Shown: positions 23,626 to 34,847 of the stretch, one piece after another
Layout: each line of letters starts with the position of its first letter
How positions within the stretch are numbered: position 1 is the stretch's first letter
NCBI GenBank assembly: GCA_047495785.1
Contig: JBLDXI010000014.1
Span: 310,001 to 374,000, forward strand
Origin: Lepidodermella squamata
Lineage: Eukaryota > Animalia > Gastrotricha
Length of the DNA stretch: 64,000 bases
Direction of reading: 5' to 3'
Program-made: the position numbers and the translations under genes
Notes under the pieces: generated by a model
Database searches by the model: none
Told to the model about the DNA's origin: nothing
Seen by the model: only the letters and a program-made list of their open reading frames with translations

Positions 23626-25879
23626 ATGGCTAAGCTGGTAAGGCATTGACTGAGTTGACTAGGGCTATCAAGTTAATCGCCGTATGACAGGGTCGATCTA
23701 TGCAGATCAAGGCTGATGTCCTTTTCATGTTGCTGATTTCTTTAGCCGCAACTCACGCGCAGGAATCATCCAAGTGCCCACGTCCTACCGATGTTCCAGA
23801 CACCAATCTTTGCAAAACGTCGGCTTTCGAGGCGCCTTTCAATGTAATGATAAGTTCGCAATCAACTTCTCGAGCTTACTCATCAGGCTCAATTCCGATA
23901 TCCGTGGTTTCTGTGCGCGCAGCGTCGAAAGCGGTCACAAGTAATTCTAGCTTATATGAATAACTACCTTTGGAAATACTGCAAATATATCCTAAAACTT
24001 AATAGATTCCTCAAACGATTCAACTACTACGCGAAGTGCCACTACGAAAGTATCATCCGGTAAGCTACATCTCAACTTACAATGAATCACTCATAAGACG
24101 ACGACATTTTAGGATCAGCGAGAAGCGCTCAATCCAGATTGTTGAGTGAGTATTTTCGTAATGCTAAAGCCATATAGCTTTCATATCGGCTCATATTTTG
24201 CAGCGAACAAAGTTTTGCCTAATATTCAATACCTTGGTCTTGGCTTCGACGTTTTGACTGCCAATCCCAGACCAGTGCAATCCGCACCCCTCACCAGCTA
24301 CGTCCTTGGCTATCGCAACCCAGTTGTCGAGCTTTCAGAGGTTGAGATCCCGTCAGGAATCGACTCATACACATCCCCGCGAAATGTGATTCCAAGGCGC
24401 GAACCATCAAGTGGCGAGACCTATTCCGCCGAGCTCATATCTGATTACACTTCCTATAAGGAATCACGCGAATGGCAAGTTCAGGTATCTGGCAGTCTAA
24501 ATGTTGGGAGCTTCTTCAAATTCAGCGCGGACTACTCAGAGTTGAATAAAATGTTCTCGCAGGGCTATTCGAGCTCTTCGAAACAAGTCATCGACGCTTG
24601 GGCCTCGGGATTGTCGTACGTCGCTCTCTTCCGAACATCGAATCTGTCACTGGAGCTTCATCCTGACTTCAAATTGGCTGTTTCGAAGTTACCAACAACA
24701 AGCTGCTCGAACGCGTATCGCGACTTCATCGCAACTTATGGCACACACTTCGTCAGCCAGGTCCACATGGGATGGGAATCTTGGTCGAGATATTCTTTCA
24801 CACTAGCCAACTGGGGGACGTTTACAAGTGTCTTACAGAAGCAAAACCTCTCGTCGGCTTTGGATGTCGCCATTAAAATGTTCTCCCTCAAAGCAGGACT
24901 AACTGCCTCGAGCGAGCTGTCATCCGAGGTCAGCCGGAACTTCTCCTCACTCTCAGTTGCTTCCAGTACTTTCACGCTGGGTGTGCGTAACAACATGTCC
25001 AATCCTATGCCTGTTGCGGTTCTTGTTAAAAAGATCGCCGATTTGTTCACGTCAGAGTACTTCCCAAACGACTGTTCGATCAGCGCCAAAAAGCAGCTTC
25101 TCATCTCGGCGTTAAACTCATACTGCACAGCCCTGAAATCAAACGCAGGCTTCAAAGATACGAAAAACTGCTATGAATCAACAGAGGATAATAGCTATAA
25201 GAATTTGTATAAAACTTCAGGATTCGGAGGGATGAGTGTTAGCGGAACCTTCGCAACAAGCGGCATTAATGCACTGACCGGTGCTTTCAATTGCCCTAAT
25301 GGTTTTATCCCTCGCATTGTCGGACGAGTCAATGCAAACGCTGGAATTTTCACACTATGCACATTGGCCTCGGGAGATCCAGCTGGTGTTTTCGGAGGAA
25401 TGTACCAAGTTACTACGGCAGTAAACAACTGCGCTGGATTCAGTTGCTCCGGCTTCGTTCCAGATCAGAGTATCGTAAACGCTGTGACAGGGCAAACGAA
25501 TTGTCCAGCTGGTTACACTCAGATCGAGCTTATGAAATCGTGTAGATCGGCTAGCGATGCTTGCTCGAAGCCGGCAGTCCCGGGCAGTTGTGGAACATAC
25601 TGCTGCAAGAAAGTTCTCGGAATCTGCACTAAGCGCTGTGATAACGACTGCCCACCCGTGACGTGCACGCCAAACTACAACTCGCGCATCTATGCGTGCT
25701 ACAAAGATCCAGGACCGAGTTCTTACCCATGGCTTGGCGGTTTCTACTCGTCAAACTTGGGCTTGAACCCTCGCACTGGTTCGTATGGCTGCCCAGTTGG
25801 CTATATTCACTCTCTCCTATTCGAGTACACAGACTGTGGAGGAACGACCAATCGAGCTTACGCCTGCATTCTGGCATAG
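23626..25879 (+). CDS. Secreted MACPF/perforin-like protein with C-terminal MPEG1-P2-like domain, copy 1
   Basis: Exons 23626-23637, 23691-23940, 24006-24059, 24113-24145 and 24204-25879 are in frame (ATG 23700 is an alternative start). Signal peptide; YLGLGFDVLTANP; MACPF signature YRDFIATYGTHFVSQVHMG; three FGG/NxxTG/CPxG repeats; no TM anchor. Confidence 0.9.
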
Positions 25880-27809
25880 TGATGACATTATTACAGTTAC
25901 CCAAATATATGCATATACGTAATGACTGCTGATGACTGTTAGATACATTCATGATATTCCAATTCTGATGCCGATATTGAAATAAAATTCGCAATATTAT
26001 AGAAAATATCCGTCGAGACTTAACCCTGTACCTTTTACGAAAAACACAAAAACTACCTTATAAATTAAAGTCGATAGAAAATCTGACTTTTGGGTTGTGA
26101 AATGACGTCGGAGTATCCAATTTTAGCGGTTTTCAAACGGTATCTGAATTGATGCTTAAAAAGTTAAACTTGTTCCATGGTCATAAATTAGCTCGCCAAT
26201 GAGTCTTTCTTTTCTTAGTCTTAATTCTGCCATCAGGGAATATAGGTTCAGAAGTGAAGCTTTTATGCAGATTTATGGCACCCTCGAGAGATTTCAAATT
26301 TTTGCCTTGTTGACTTTCAGCAACGATGGCTCCCTGGCGGTGATGAATTGGCTCATGAGATTTTGTAAGCTTCCTGTAATGGGTTCTGACTGCTTATGGT
26401 CAAAATATAAGCCCGGAGAACAGAACCTCATGGTTATGGAATGACAAGCGTTTGAAAAATGTGGAGATTTTTTATGCAGATTTAGGTAACCTTACCCTAT
26501 CACTTTTCAAAAGTTATACATTTTCAAGAAAATAACGAAACGCATTCTTCCACCAGATTTTTTGCTTATCTGATCTGATCCCAACGAAACTTATTTCAGC
26601 AATGTTTTCCACAGTCTAGGGTCTAGGCCAGCGATTCCCAAGCTTTTTCAACTGCGGGCAGCTTCGAGCGGTGCAGCGCTTGGTACAAAATCGATTCCTC
26701 AATCCCAGATCGAATCGAAGTTCGAATGGTTGTTGTTCTTTTTCTCGACATATTATTTTCTGTTGATTGGCTGTTTTTCTCCGACGAACTGTGTTATGTA
26801 AATAAACTTGAGAGGAACAAGCCGCGTTGTTCAGAACCAACAGCCAACTTTAATATGGTGAACAATATTAATATTGTCCAACATACTTTTGTGTGGCTCG
26901 CTAGTTATACCCGGATAATACTAAGATAACTGCAAGTGATTTTGATAAAATCTCCGCATTTTATTGGGTAAAATCAGTCATGCCAGCAACGTTCGGAAGC
27001 AGTAGATTTACGGAAAAGATAGCCGTGTTGCTCAGGAGGAATAATGCAACCAAAATTATCGAGAATGGCAACTTTAAATATTGTTAACTGACGCCGTGGC
27101 AAAACATTGACGTAGTGAACAGCCGTAAGCTTTCTCACTGATCGAGTGCAAGTTCAAATTAGCGCAAACTCAATGATAAAAAATAAGCGCGAAAAAACTG
27201 TGAAGAATGGAAGGGTTACGAAAAAATTCACAGACATTTGAACAGGCTACATTAAAACTTGTCAATTCAGCTGAATACGCGTGAGAGCACTGTTTAAAGA
27301 CAGCCGCAGTAATGCTAAATTATGTTTCTTTTTTTAGATGTTCGTTACATCGTTAGGCATACGTAGGTATACATGAAGTGACTGAAGTGTCGAACTTGCC
27401 GAGCCACGTCAATACCAACGGCTAGATTTCTAGGCCTCATGAGCTCGCGCAAGTTACGTGTGTTGTTTACCTTCCAGCTGAATGAGGAAGTTAGAAGGTA
27501 AAAGCTATGTTCGCTAGGATATTAGGTGCCTGGAAAGATGTTCAATACAATACCTGTTGTCGACGGGAAAGAACCGGAAGGGAGGAATGAAAATGAGCGC
27601 AAGCGCCCAAAAAAAATCGTTATACTTTTGAAGTTGTGGTAAACACGGGCCCTATTTAAGGAGCGAATTTCTCGCAGAAAAGTATTCAGCTACAATTTTC
27701 TGCTTATCACAATGCTTACAAATATTGTTAGCAAGACTAAGCTGGTAAGACATTGACTGTATAGTGATATTCCAAATTAAGCTGATCAAAATTTATACAG
27801 TGTCGATCA

Positions 27810-29960
27810 ATGCGGGCCGATATAATTTTCGTGTTGCTGAGCTCTTTGGCCGTAGCCCAAGCGCAGTTCCCAGGAGGGTTCAGGTGTCCTCGTCCTACCG
27901 ATGTGCCAACCGCCAATCTATGCAAGACATCGGCATTCGATGCGCCTTTCAACATAATGATCAGTTCACCGTCTTCTCGCGCCTACACATCAGGCTCAGT
28001 TCCGATATCTGTGATTTCCTTGCGCGATTCCTCGCGGACATTGACAAGTAATTCTATCTTGTAAATAATATCGCATCTTCAACGATAATAATAGATTCCT
28101 CGAGCAATTCATCAACTACTCCGCGAACTACCACTACGAAGACTTCATCTGTTTCATCTGGTATGAGTTACTAGCAAAATTTTAATAAATGAATTCCATA
28201 TGTGATGAACAAATCTTAGGATCAACAAGAAGCGCTCAGTCCAGATTATTGAGTAAGCATCTTCTCGTGATTCAATTGATTTAATCGGCGCGTATTTCGC
28301 AGCGAACAACGTTTTGCCCAACATTCAATACCTGGGTCTTGGTTTCGACGTTTTGACTGCCAATCCCCGACCAGATCAGTACTCGAGCTACGTTGCTGGC
28401 TATCGCAATCCAGTTGTCGAGCTATCAGAGGTTGAGATCCCATCAGGTATCGATTCATACACTTCCCCCCGAAATGTGATTCCAAGGCGCGAAATTTCAA
28501 GCAGTGAATCTTCCTCCGCTGATCTCATATCTGATTACAGTTCTTATAAGAAGTCACGTGAATGGCATGTTCACGCATCCGGCAGTGTAAGTAATATTCT
28601 CGGCCTTTTCAAGCTCAGCGCGGACTACTCTGCTTTGAGTAAAATGTTCGCACAAGGCTATTCGAGTTCTTCGAAACAAGTCATCGATGCATGGGCCTCG
28701 GGGACGTCGTATGTTGCCCAGTTCCGGCAATCGAATCTAACACGAGAGCTTCATCCTGACTTCAAATTGGCTGTTTCGAAGCTGCCATCAACAAGCTGCT
28801 CTAACGCTTATCGCGATTTTATTGCAATATACGGAACACATTATGTTAGCGAGGTGCACATGGGGTGGCAATCCTGGTCGAGATATTCCTTTACACTATC
28901 TAACTGGGCAACGTTTTCTAGTGTGTTGCAGTCGAAATCCATCTCATCGGCAGTAGATGTCGTGTATAAATTATTTAGATTCAAAGCTGGCATAACTGGC
29001 TCGAGCGAGGTGTCGTCTGAAGTTAGCCAGAGTTTCACATCACTCTCAAGTGCTTCCATCATCAACACGTTGGGCGTTCGCAATAGCATGGCTGGTTCCA
29101 TGCCTGTTTCGGTTATTGTTAGCAAGATCGCCGATTTGTTCACATCAGATTACTTCCCAAACGACTGCTCGATCAGCGCCAGAAAGCAGCTTCTTATCTC
29201 GGCTTTGAATTCTTACTGCTCTGCCCAGAATGCAAAAGCAGGCTACATGAGCGGGAAAAGCTGCTATGAATCAACAGATGATGATGGCTACTCAAACTTA
29301 TTTCAAACTTCAGGATTCGGAGGTATGAGTGTTAGTGGAACCTTCGCAACTAGTGGCATCAATGCATTAACCGGTGCTTTCAATTGCCCTAATGGATTCA
29401 TCCCTCGCATTGTCGGTAGAATCAATGCGAACGCGGGAATTTTCACGCTATGTACAGTGGCTTCGGGAGATCCAGCTGGTGTTTTCGGAGGAATGTTCCA
29501 AGTAACTACGGCAGTAAATGGCTGTACAGGTGGCAGCTGCCCTGGCTTCGTTCCAGATCAGAGTATCGTAAATGCCGTGACAGGGCAAACGAATTGTCCA
29601 GCTGGTTACACCCAGATAGAGCTTATGAAATCGTGTAGATCGGCTAGCGATGCTTGCTTGGTTCCAGCTGGCTGTACAATTGGAAATCACTGCTGCAAGA
29701 AAATTATTGTCTGCGTGAGCCACTGCAAAAACGACTGCAACAAATGTTCCCCGAGTTATAGCTCAAGCATCTATGCTTGCTACAAGGACCCGGGATCGGG
29801 TGTTTACACGTGGCTTGGCGGTTTCTACTCGTCAAACTTGGGCTTGAACCCTCGCACTGGTTCGTATGGCTGCCCAGTTGGCTATATTCACTCTCTCCTA
29901 TTCGAGTATTCCGACTGTGGAGGAACGACCAATCGAGCTTACGCATGCATTCTAGCATGA
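27810..29960 (+). CDS. Secreted MACPF + P2-like protein, copy 2
   Basis: Exons 27810-28047, 28095-28160, 28220-28252 and 28303-29960 (an in-frame upstream micro-exon from ATG 27712 is possible); YGTHYVSEVHMG; same architecture as copy 1. Confidence 0.9.
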
Positions 29961-30515
29961 TGAAATATGCTCCACCGCAAGACATCGTTACATATATATT
30001 CCAGCAAAAGCATAGACATATTGATGAGTGCTAATTTCATAATATTCCAAGAATAATAAAGAGAGATTGAATAAATTTGAAATATAGAAAACCACGATGA
30101 GTCCTTTCATAGGCTGTAGTGAGATTAGGGACACTTTTTAAGTGTTGCTGGCTTTCTGAAGAATTACCTGAGATCTAAGGAGGTTCGGTTGCGAGCCAAA
30201 CCGCTATTGTGCACGTAGCAAAAATGAATAGATGCGTACCTATTGACTGAAAAATTGCGGTGTGAAGCCTGTGATTGGTTGGTTTTTCGGTTCAAAAAGC
30301 ACGCGACACGTATCACCTCTAAAATTTTTCTGTGATTGCACTTTCCAAGATGGGATTATAAATTTTGGTGTGGATGCCACGGTTCACCTTGCGCCCATTG
30401 GTTGTTGTGCAAAAAGCAAAGCTTCTGATTAAGGAGCAGAATATTTCAGGTTCGACTCTTGGCAGCTTCGAAATTTTTTCATTCCATTCCAGTAAGATGA
30501 AATTCAGCGGAAATA

Positions 30516-30841
30516 CAGGTCGGCCAAATAATTCCGCAGAAGGCGAATTCGATGCGCATCATTTTAATGAGGAGTTACAAGAGATTGAGGAGTTCCATTA
30601 GCCTGGAAGATCAGGATCAGGATCAGGATCAGGAATTACGATTTCTCCTCGCCCTGACGGACTCAAGCTTTCGCCATAAGGCGGAGCTTGTGAGAAAATG
30701 GCGAGCTTACGCTCTAGAAAAGTTTGAACTGGTTTACTAACCTCTTGATTGTTGACAAAGAATGCTTGAAATTCTTCAACTCTTAAAACTTAAAATGATG
30801 CGCATCGAATTCGCCTTCTGCGGAATTTTTCGGCCACCCTG
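30516..30841. mobile_element. Tc1/mariner-type MITE (326 bp)
   Basis: 52-bp terminal inverted repeats (CAGGTCGGCCAAATAATTCCGCAGAAGGCGAATTCGATGCGCATCATTTTAA, 30516-30567, versus 30790-30841, 4 mismatches), flanked by TA on both sides (30514-15 and 30842-43). No transposase; internal (GATCAG)n run. Confidence 0.88.
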
Positions 30842-30863
30842 TAGACTACTCATCTGCCATCAA

Positions 30864-30936
30864 GCTGAGATAGCTCAGTTGGGAGAGCGTTAGACTGAAG
30901 ATATAAAAGTCCCTGGTTCAATCCCGAATCTCAGCG
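30864..30936 (+). tRNA. tRNA-Phe(GAA), degenerate, probable pseudogene
   Basis: GCTGAGATAGCTCAGTTGGGAGAGCGTTAGACTGAAGATATAAAAGTCCCTGGTTCAATCCCGAATCTCAGCG. Perfect acceptor stem, A and B boxes, GAA anticodon and TTTT downstream, but a G:A mismatch in the anticodon stem and two C:A mismatches in the T stem. Confidence 0.85.
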
Positions 30937-31499
30937 TAACTTTTAACGTCGTCTCCGGCCTATATTGATTGGAATGCCTGCAGTCCATGATGACTGTTCA
31001 ACGCAATGGTTATTGAATCCATATATTTCAATCATAAAAAACAAAAACAATATTTTATAAGCACTGTGTCATAAGGCAACCTGATTGTTAAATTAGAAAT
31101 TAGGCAGTCAACATTATTAATAAATGTTTATCTCTCGCTATAATGGATGCAACTCAATAAAACTTACGTGGGTAGACAAGGGCTATAATGTCGAAATTAC
31201 AAAGTCACGACAACGCCAATAGCTAAATTTTTCACCAGCCCACACGCCCCGTGGTGACATGCTGTTGTTATTTCCGTTAAACTGAATGAGGAAGTTTAAC
31301 ATGGGTAGCTATAAAGTAAATGATACGTTTTCTTGGAAATTATCCGCTTGGAAACATGTTAACTGCGACCGGAAAGAAGAAGAAGAATGAATACGAGTGC
31401 AAATAGTTGTCAAGTTTTAACCATGCTCAAGGAGAGGATTTCTCGCAGAAAATATTCGGTTTTCATTTTTCTGCTCATCAATTAATGATAACTGTCAGC

Positions 31500-34400
31500 A
31501 TGGCTAGGCTGGTAAGGCATTTATCGAGTTGTCCTCAATCGGTTAATCGTTGCATGACAGGGTCGACCCACGCAGATCAAGGCTGATGTCCTTTTCATGT
31601 TGCTGATTTGTTTAGCCGCAACTCATGCACAGGAATTAAGGAATCCTTAACGGTGTTGAGGGCAGAAACGAGATTTCGGCCCGCTGAAAATGCCCGAGGG
31701 CGTAGCGAAGCGAAGCCCGAGGGTATTTTCAAGGGCTGAAATCGAGTTTTTGCCCGAAACACAAGTTTAGGATTCCTGTTCCCACATTGTTGGTTATTTT
31801 CTGAATAAAAACCCAATTTTCCACTGGAAATCTGGATAAAATGCCTAAACACTCATACCCACTGTGTCTGACTAAATTAATTTTGTTGAAATTAAAAAAT
31901 CAACCTTAAAAAATCGATTAACAAATTCTAATTGTTTCATTCCTTTTTTAAATCAATTTTTGCACTGAATTCTTTGTTGGTTGAAACCACGCACGGCATC
32001 GGCGATTTAATCCTCGGAAACGCAGTCGATTCTAACCAAATGGATATGGCTGTTGCAGTCTGAGCGACACCAATCAGCTCGTGAAAACCGCAATGCTCAA
32101 GATATCGAGCTGCTATAGCAAAAGCCCGAATTTCCTCTTCGCCGATGTTCAGTGTTCAATCCAGTGTTCAATCCGACGGCGATGACGGCGATGACTTTGA
32201 AGGCGTTGCTGAATAACTGCAACAATACATCGAAGAATTGGCGCTTGAGACAATTGGCACGGTGCAAAATTCCAGGAAACGATACGCCGACTATGCTGTT
32301 CAACGACTTTCGGTGGAAAATCTCTATGCGAAGCGACGGCATTGGCATTGTTGGGCTGTGATCCTGTTAAGCCTGAAGAACCGGTTTGAATCACGCCATT
32401 TCACGGTCGACGCCAGTTGTCAAGTAATTTACTGCACGGTGCATGTCACATCCAGAACTGACTATTGTTTATAAGCTCTCCCACAGTATTATTGTTCAAT
32501 AAAAATGGTTTTTGTTAAAATGCTTTATTTTGGTTCAAATTTTTGCTTTGCTAGTCCAATCCCTAAATGGAGTCTGGTTCGCCCAGTAATTCAATGATTT
32601 GGATTTTAACCGAAATTAATAATAAAAGATCCACCTTAAAACGCGTGAGCGGGCGGAATCACCGGGCGGAATCACCGGGCGGAATCACATTTTCCATTGA
32701 AGCAAAAAATAACCAACCATGTGGGAATCATCAAAGTGCCCGCGTCCTAACGATGTTCCAACCGCCAATCTATGCAAATCATCGGCGTTCGATGCGCCTT
32801 TCAACGTAACGATCAGTTCACCGTCTTCTCACGCTTACACATCAGGCTCAGTTCCGATATCGGTGATTTCTGTGGGAACGGCGTCGAAAGCGGTCACAAG
32901 TAATTCTAGCTTATTATGAATAATTACCTTGGGAAACACCGCAAGTATGTTATAAATCTTAACATTAGATGCATCAAGCGATTCAACTACTCCGCGAAGT
33001 GCCACTGCGAAAGTAACGTCCGGTGAGTAACATTTCAGCTGGTGAATCGCCTAAAAGACGACCACATTTCAGGATCAGCGAGAAGCGGTCAATCCAGATT
33101 GTTGAGTGAGTATTTCGTAATGCTAAAGCCATATAGCTTTCATATCGGCTCATATTCTGCAGCAAACAAAGTTTTGCCCAACATTCAATACCTTGGTCTT
33201 GGTTTCGACGTTTTGACTGCCAACCCCAGACCAGTGCAGTCCGCACCCCTCACCAGCTACGTTCTTGGGTATCGCAATCCAGTTGTCGAGCTTTCAGAGG
33301 TTGAGATCCCGTCAGGAATCGACTCATACACATCCCCGCGAAACGTTATTCCAAGACGCGAACCGTCAAGTAGCGAGACCTATTCCGCTGAGCTCATATC
33401 TGATTACACTTCCTATAAGGAATCACGCGAATGGCAAGTTCAGGTATCTGGCAGTCTAAATGTTGGCAGTTTCTTCAAGTTCAGCGCGGACTACTCCGAG
33501 CTGCATAAAATGTTCTCGCAGGGATATTCGAGCTCTACGAAACAATTCATCGACGCTTGGGCCTCGGGATTGTCGTACGTCGCCCTCTTCCGAACGTCGA
33601 ATCTGTCACTAGAGCTTCATCCTGACTTCAAATTGGCTGTTTCGAAGTTGCCAACTACAAGCTGCTCGAACGCGTATCGCGATTTCATTGCAACTTATGG
33701 CACTCATTACGTGAGCCAGGTTCACATGGGATGGCAATCTTGGTCGAGATATTCTTTCACACTAGCTAACTGGGGAACGTTTACAAGTGTCTTGCAGAAA
33801 CAAAACCTCTCGTCGGCGTTGGATGTCGCGATTAAAATGTTCTCCCTCAAAGCAGGACTAACTGCCTCGAGCGAGCTGTCATCCGAAGTCAGCCGGAACT
33901 TCTCCTCACTCTCAGTTGCTTCCAGTACTTTCACGCTGGGTGTGCGTAACAACATGTCCAATCCTATGCCTGTTGCGGTTCTTGTCAAAAAGATCGCCGA
34001 TTTGTTCACGTCAGAGTACTTTCCAAACGACTGCTCGATCAACGCCAAAAAGCAGCTTCTCATCTCGGCGTTGAACTCGTACTGCACCGCCCTGAAATCA
34101 AACGCAGGCTTCAAAGATACGAAAAACTGCTATGAATCAACAGAGGATAATAGCTATAAGAATTTGTATAAAACTTCAGGATTCGGAGGGATGAGTGTTA
34201 GCGGAACCTTCGCAACAAGCGGCATTAATGCACTGACCGGTGCTTTCAATTGCCCCAATGGTTTCATCGCTCGCGTTGTCGGTAGAATCAATGCGAACGC
34301 TGGAATTTTCACACTATGTACATTGGTCTCAGGAGATCCAGCTGGTGTTTTCGGAGGAATGTTCCAAGTAACTACGGCAGTAAACAACTGCGCTGGATTC

Positions 34401-34847
34401 AGCTGCTCTGGCTTCGGTTCAGATCAGAGTATCGTTAACGCTGTGACAGGGCAAACGAATTGTCCAGCTGGTTACTCTCAGATAGAGCTTCTGAAATCGT
34501 GTAGATCGGTTAGCGATACTTGCTCAAAGCTAGCAGCCCCCATCGCCTGTCAAAGATACTGCTGCGAGCAACTTTTTGGCATCTGCACCAAGTACTGCGA
34601 TAGCGACTGCGCACCCCCACCCATTGTGACGTGCACGCCAAACTACAACTCGCACATCTATGCGTGCTACAAAGATCCAGGACCGAGTTCTTACACGTGG
34701 CTTGGCGGTTTCTACTCGTCAAACTTGGGCTTGAACCCTCGCACTGGTTCGTATGGCTGCCCAGTTGGCTACATTCACTCACTGCTATTCGAGTATACTG
34801 ATTGTGGAGGAACGACCAATCGAGCTTACGCCTGCATTCTAGCTTGA
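31500..34847 (+). pseudogene. MACPF + P2-like copy 3, interrupted just after the signal peptide by a 1092-bp insertion; downstream exons intact
   Basis: The leader 31500-31636 (MARL|GRPTQIKADVLFMLLICLAATHAQE) matches copy 1. Homology resumes at 32729 (SSKCPRP…). An in-frame TAA occurs just inside the insertion. The final exon to 34847 is open and near-identical to copy 1. Confidence 0.8.
31637..32728. mobile_element. Non-autonomous DNA element with a long terminal hairpin and asymmetric subterminal inverted repeats (Crypton- or Helentron-like)
   Basis: The empty site in copy 1 is CAGGAATCATC. Here GGAAT is duplicated (31632-36 and 32724-28). Imperfect hairpin of about 138 nt at 31639-31777; 22-bp inverted repeat at 31779-31800 versus 32706-32727 (1 mismatch); (GGGCGGAATCACC)x3 near 32651. 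Superfamily uncertain. Confidence 0.85.

Noticed and set aside
24736-25428. Antisense ORFs repeated in the MACPF copies
   Set aside because: These are shadows of the conserved sense coding sequence, with no independent evidence.
26020-26700. piggyBac-like (TTAACCCT) and hAT-like (CAGCGATTCCCAAG) ends
   Set aside because: No matching opposite terminus or target-site duplication could be found.
31568-31575. ATG-to-ACG change at the apparent start of MACPF copy 3 as an inactivating mutation
   Set aside because: An upstream micro-exon (ATG at 31500, MARL) splices in frame, as in copy 1, so the start codon is not lost.
32097-32474. Short ORFs inside the insertion as transposase or recombinase remnants
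   Set aside because: No DDE, tyrosine recombinase or Rep/helicase motifs are recognisable.
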